Below, one piece after another: positions 58,690 through 64,000 of a DNA stretch of 64,000 nucleotides. The notes under the pieces were generated by a model that was not told where the DNA came from, did not search any database, and saw nothing but the letters and a program-made list of their open reading frames with translations. A program made the translations under genes and the position numbers. Origin of the DNA: Macrostomum lignano (Eukaryota); NCBI GenBank assembly GCA_002269645.1, contig NIVC01000773.1:270838-334837 (forward strand), in the 5' to 3' direction. Each line of letters opens with the position of its first letter. Within the stretch, counting starts at the first letter, position 1.

Positions 58690-60680
58690 AAATAATAAAT
58701 AATAGCACGCCACTGGCAACAAGCTGGAGCGCGCCGTACTCGACAGTGCATACGCGCCTCGGTTTTTTCGACATCGATGTCGGTGCGTTCGATAATATGC
58801 TTTGAGAAGCCTTCAAGCGTACCCTGGAATCCTAGGCCACGCACGAGCACCTCACCCGCCGGATCATGTACATGGTCAGCAATCGGACTGCCACCTCGCC
58901 CCTCCTCGGACACTCCCCGCTCTGTAGAAGTCCAGAAAGGTGGACCGCAAGGTGGAGTCCTCGTCCTCAGCCCGATTCTTTAGAACTTGGTCATGGACGA
59001 GCTGCTGCTCATCAGCCGAAATCCAGATCCGGTACAGAAGGTCGGCTATGCGGGCGAAGTTACCGCTACTGTCGCTGGACAATCACCCGCGTCCTAAGAG
59101 ACCTCCTTCAAGCTCTCATACGCCTTGCCAAACGCTGGGCTCACAGCTGCTGTCTCAAGCTCTCTGAGTCTAAAATCTTGGTTGTCATTTATCAGCCGCC
59201 GAAACTGGAGAATCGAACTGCTGTCCTTCTATGGCAAACCTGTCACCATGGAGAAACAAACCAAATGCCTAGGCATCAGCCTTGAGCCTTGACCATAGGT
59301 TGGGTTGGACTCCACATTTTCAAACCAAAGTCCGTAAAGCTCTCGCGACTCTTGCGCAGATTCGCAGAGCTTTCGGTGCTGGCAGGGCCTCATCCTCGCC
59401 GCCTCTGTCATTGTGAGACTGCCCATCTCGTTTGTCGGTTTCATTTGAAAAAGCGCCCTGGAGGTGAAAGAACTTCTTGAAGCTCTCGAGGGGGTGCAAA
59501 AGCCGCGCTTGTCGAGCCATCATGAGCGCGACTCCTTAGTCCTTCCACTCCCTTTGCTGGTATGAACTCCTTCCTGGACCTTCCATCCTTGACCTCTTTG
59601 TCGGAGGGGAAGCAATGAAGATCACCTGCCGTCTGGGGCATCTCCATCAAGAAGCAGTTCGCTTTCATAAAGCGGAACCTCCAGACGCACAGCGATCTCA
59701 GCCTGCGAGACCTGGAAGCAGCAGGAGGTTTGCTGACCCTCTCGGACGGAATCCCATCTACGCGCTCTGCCCTCCGCTTAAATTCAAAACCACACCATAT
59801 CTACTTCCACCACATCACGAAGCAAGGGACAACAGAAACCCCGTGAAATTCACTGCGTCACTGACAGGTCCCAAATCAACTCGCCTCTGACTACGGCTAC
59901 TGAATCGGGTCTGGAGGAAGAACTGTGGCGACCTCCCAGCACACTGGCACTTGCTCTCCCGTCTTCCAAAACGAAGTTCTCGCCATCAGCTTCTGTGCCA
60001 TAGAGTTGTACAATCAGCGAGTCTGGGGGAAATCAGTCTTCACTCAGACAATCAAGCCGTGATCCACACCCTTAAGCGTCCTCGACCGCATCGCGCAGAA
60101 AAATCGCTTAGGCACCCCCAACAAGGCGTCTCTAAGCTGGAGGTGGATCCCCGAGCACTCGGGCCACTCCAAAAACGATTTGGCCGATTGCCTGGCTCAA
60201 CTGGATCTTTTACTGGCCCTCTACATGTGGCTCCCAACCCAACCGCCGTTGTCACCACTTGGATCAACCAGTGGTTGGCTTCAAAGCACAGGGAGAGGTA
60301 GGCTAACACCCAACTGCCATAAATCCCACGCAGCCGTCTCATGTCCTTCCCCCACCTTCTGCAGGGCCCTGCTTGGATTCAACTGCAGGGACATCAAGGC
60401 AGTGATCATGGCCTTCTCGGGACATGGCTAGAAGCATCGTCATCTCCAGGGAGAAATCTGCAGTGAGGAATGCCCATTCTACCTCTTCAGTGTTGAGAAT
60501 GCGGAGCACTTTATATCTTTGAATGCCACGCATTTACTTAGGGCAGGCCCACCTACCTGGCACTAAACTTTTATCTCTAAAATTTTCAGGCTTGAGAATT
60601 TCTGATGGCTTGTCTGCTGGCTAAGGGCTACTGGGCGAGCACCATCCTAATAAACCCAATAAGATAAAAGATTATAAAAA
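58690..60680 (+). mobile_element. Decayed non-LTR retrotransposon with RT and RNase H remnants (I-group, R1/LOA-like), 5'-truncated
   Basis: PQGGVL.LSPIL, W..SCCLKLSESKILVV, KCLGISL, EVLAI, SDNQAVIHTL and ADCLAQL lie in shifting frames with stops; A-rich 3' end near 60660. Confidence 0.78.
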
Positions 60681-60876
60681 TAACCCAACAAGCTTACCTA
60701 ATAAGCTACTCAGTTGAATAGAAAGTTGGACATCTATCTTTGCTGGGGTAAATATGCTATGCATGCTACTGACAAGTAGGAAGGAATAAAAATAATGCTT
60801 CTTACACATGAATTTCATTTCTATACAAATGTGTTATCAGTTACTAATTAGCACTAGAAATGACAGAGACAAGATG

Positions 60877-62993
60877 GAAAATAAGAGCATGTACATATCA
60901 CCATACCTTAATAAGAAATTAAAAGATATGCTAAAACTATAATAACATTAAATATTATTCATTTTAAGCAAAATCTGAAGGTGCTTAATCATATTTATAG
61001 AAGTAAAGTAAAATAGCTTATAGTAGGCTTTAAAACTAGTACAAAAAGGAAGTTAAGAGCAAATACTATTATTTAATGCTTTATTTTGCTTTATCTATCA
61101 TTATATTGGTATACATTTTTAGCAAAAAAACCAATTTATATTAGAAATGATAATAGGTTATAAATAAGTTAATTCATAGACTAAATGTGCTAGTGCTACT
61201 AACAATAATATTAATAGTTTTGTTGATAATTTTTGCTATAATAATAACAAGTTTTTATCTTCTAAAAGTCATTAGTAATATTGAATATTTTTGTTTAATC
61301 TGCCAGTATTCAATAATAATATTGAAGTTCCATTTGCATATTTTAAACTGAAAATTAATATTTACATTTGTTTTAATCATAAGTACATCAAAATTACTAC
61401 CAAAGTCTCTTGGGTAGTAAAAATATATGCAATCTAACTAGTGAGCCAATCAAATTGTTTTTATCTTCTTTTAACCTTTTTTAAACAATTTTTCAAATAT
61501 TTAAAATCTCAAAGACAATGAATTTTTCAAACTAGGAAGTAAAAGGAAATCATACTTCCAAATATACTATTGATACACAGAATACTATGGAGATCAAAGT
61601 GAAATAAAATAGATCTTAGGAATATGCATACAATATTAAAAAGGCCATGACCCTCTAATCCAGGTAGCACCTAAGGACTAATAGTTAAATACTAAGACAA
61701 CTAAAGACAATGCTTTTGCCATTAATGGAGTTAAGATTTTTGTTAATGGTGCCTAATATTACCTCTAGTATGACCATTCAATGTCACTATCCATTCAATG
61801 TCACTATCTTATGGCTTGTGCCAACTATGCCAGTTATGAGCTTAATAATTATTTTATCATTATTCTTAAATGCTATAACAATTGCTATTCAAAAATTTTT
61901 AAAATGCTATAAAACCATAAACAACTCTGATTTTTATGGTGAAAATAAGAGCATGTACATATCACCATACCTTAATAAGAAATTAAAAGATATGCTAAAA
62001 CTATAATAACATTAAATATTATTCATTTTAAGCAAAATCTGAAGGTGCTTAATCATATTTATAGAAGTAAAGTAAAATAGCTTATAGTAGGCTTTAAAAC
62101 TAGTACAAAAAGGAAGTTAAGAGCAAATACTATTATTTAATGCTTTATTTTGCTTTATCTATCATTATATTGGTATACATTTTTAGCAAAAAAACCAATT
62201 TATATTAGAAATGATAATAGGTTATAAATAAGTTAATTCATAGACTAAATGTGCTAGTGCTACTAACAATAATATTAATAGTTTTGTTGATAATTTTTGC
62301 TATAATAATAACAAGTTTTTATCTTCTAAAAGTCATTAGTAATATTGAATATTTTTGTTTAATCTGCCAGTATTCAATAATAATATTGAAGTTCCATTTG
62401 CATATTTTAAACTGAAAATTAATATTTACATTTGTTTTAATCATAAGTACATCAAAATTACTACCAAAGTCTCTTGGGTAGTAAAAATATATGCAATCTA
62501 ACTAGTGAGCCAATCAAATTGTTTTTATCTTCTTTTAACCTTTTTAAACAATTTTTCAAATATTTAAAATCTCAAAGACAATGAATTTTTCAAACTAGGA
62601 AGTAAAAGGAAATCATACTTCCAAATATACTATTGATACACAGAATACTATGGAGATCAAAGTGAAATAAAATAGATCTTAGGAATATGCATACAATATT
62701 AAAAAGGCCATGACCCTCTAATCCAGGTAGCACCTAAGGACTAATAGTTAAATACTAAGACAACTAAAGACAATGCTTTTGCCATTAATGGAGTTAAGAT
62801 TTTTGTTAATGGTGCCTAATATTACCTCTAGTATGACCATTCAATGTCACTATCCATTCAATGTCACTATCTTATGGCTTGTGCCAACTATGCCAGTTAT
62901 GAGCTTAATAATTATTTTATCATTATTCTTAAATGCTATAACAATTGCTATTCAAAAATTTTTAAAATGCTATAAAACCATAAACAACTCTGA
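60877..62993. repeat. AT-rich tandem duplication, 1063-1064-bp period (60877-61930 and 61941-62993)
   Basis: Copies match wherever compared except one T6/T5 run; 10-nt junction insert TTTTTATGGT. Confidence 0.95.
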
Positions 62994-63388
62994 AAAAACA
63001 ACTGCAATCATATAATATTAATGCATTCTAAAGAATCTTCTATTGAAGTTCTAACCCTACATTTCCATTTTTCTCTTTCTTATTTTTTCTCTTGCCTTTG
63101 CAATATAGTTGGCTTCTAAATTGCTCTTGTCATAGCCAGTATTTAACTATTAATATAAATATTTTAGATATACTAATACCAATGTAAATTTATCAATTTT
63201 GTTAATAAAATACTAATTAACCTAGTAAAGCAACATAAAACATGTCATTAAAAAATGTTTCCTTTTGCACTAGTCTTATTTATACTCATTAAACTAGCAA
63301 TCTAGTGCCCTTTTTAGGATGCTTAATAAGCAAAGGATAAAAATTATTTTAAAAAATTCTTTAAAATAAAATCTTATTTTCTTAAAAG

Positions 63389-63684
63389 CATACATGTGCA
63401 ACCTCCAAAATTCGGTCAGCCGTGCGACTTAGTTTTAACAAAAATGCGACGTAGTTTTTGGCCAAAAATGCGACTTACATATAAAAAAACCCGAAAGCAA
63501 AATTAACGCAACTTTGGGTAAACGGCAGGAGTAACTATGACTGTTTTATTAAGCTAAAATGCCTCGTCAGCTACTTAGTACTACTACTCTGGTTTTTTGG
63601 GTGGGCATTTTTGCGACTTCCTTGATTGGCCGCCAAATCGGTCGGCCGGATCGGCCGACTCGGCCGACTGTTTGCGCATGTATG
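63389..63684. mobile_element. 296-bp hAT-like MITE
   Basis: TIR CATACATGTGCAA / TTGCGCATGTATG (12 of 13 match); 8-bp TSD CTTAAAAG at 63381-63388 and 63685-63692; subterminal TGCGAC and CGGCCGA iterons. Confidence 0.88.
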
Positions 63685-64000
63685 CTTAAAAGCATCGTTA
63701 TTTCAGTTTAATAAATCCCTATTCAAGTAAAATTGTATGGAATAATACTTTTTGATAAACTATATATAGCTTCTAACCTCTCAACCTAGATATTCTAACA
63801 ATTCCCCCAATAAGCTTTGACATTAGCAATTCTCTAAGTATGCCTCAACATCTTAGCAATTCTCTTACTAAGTCTAGACATCTTAGCAATTCTCCCAGTA
63901 AGCCCCCTGACATATCAGCAATCTAGTATCCTATTTGGGATAGCCAATAAACAAGGCCCAAAATTATTTATGCAAATCTATTAAAAATAAATTTTCTTAA

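Noticed and set aside
61710-63015. Hydrophobic ORFs at 61710 and 62773 as membrane or mitochondrial (numt) genes
   Set aside because: Chance ORFs in AT-rich duplicated DNA; I recognised no mitochondrial gene motif.

Overview
Eukaryotic (animal) genomic DNA, not prokaryotic: spliced GT-AG genes, GC-rich exons and introns packed with unrelated minisatellites. The style suggests the flatworm Macrostomum lignano, but that is inference only. Genes reconstructed by hand from splice sites: a DEG/ENaC channel (-, 4 exons, 594 aa), GSK3 (-, 5 clear exons plus two candidate first exons), a 1203-aa orphan (+, head-to-head with GSK3), a small C10orf53/UPF0728-like gene (-), a Crypton-type tyrosine recombinase (-, 461 aa), a GPR137-like 7TM gene (-, about 15 kb) and a frameshifted rhodopsin-family GPCR (+). 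Mobile DNA: three CORE-type tRNA SINEs, a 1065-bp non-autonomous P-superfamily element, a 5'-truncated RTE LINE, a decayed RT+RNase H LINE and a 296-bp hAT-like MITE. Best second-look items: (1) a perfect 30-bp palindrome between 8-bp direct repeats whose geometry (17+17-4) matches a P-transposase excision scar; (2) the recombinase cassette with inverted repeats, iterated motifs and a 36-bp-stem hairpin; (3) a SINE whose target-site duplication copies a splice donor; (4) candidate alternative GSK3 N-termini with and without the inhibitory RxRxxS site; (5) two tandem duplications with inverted templated junctions. All protein identities come from motif recognition, not database searches.
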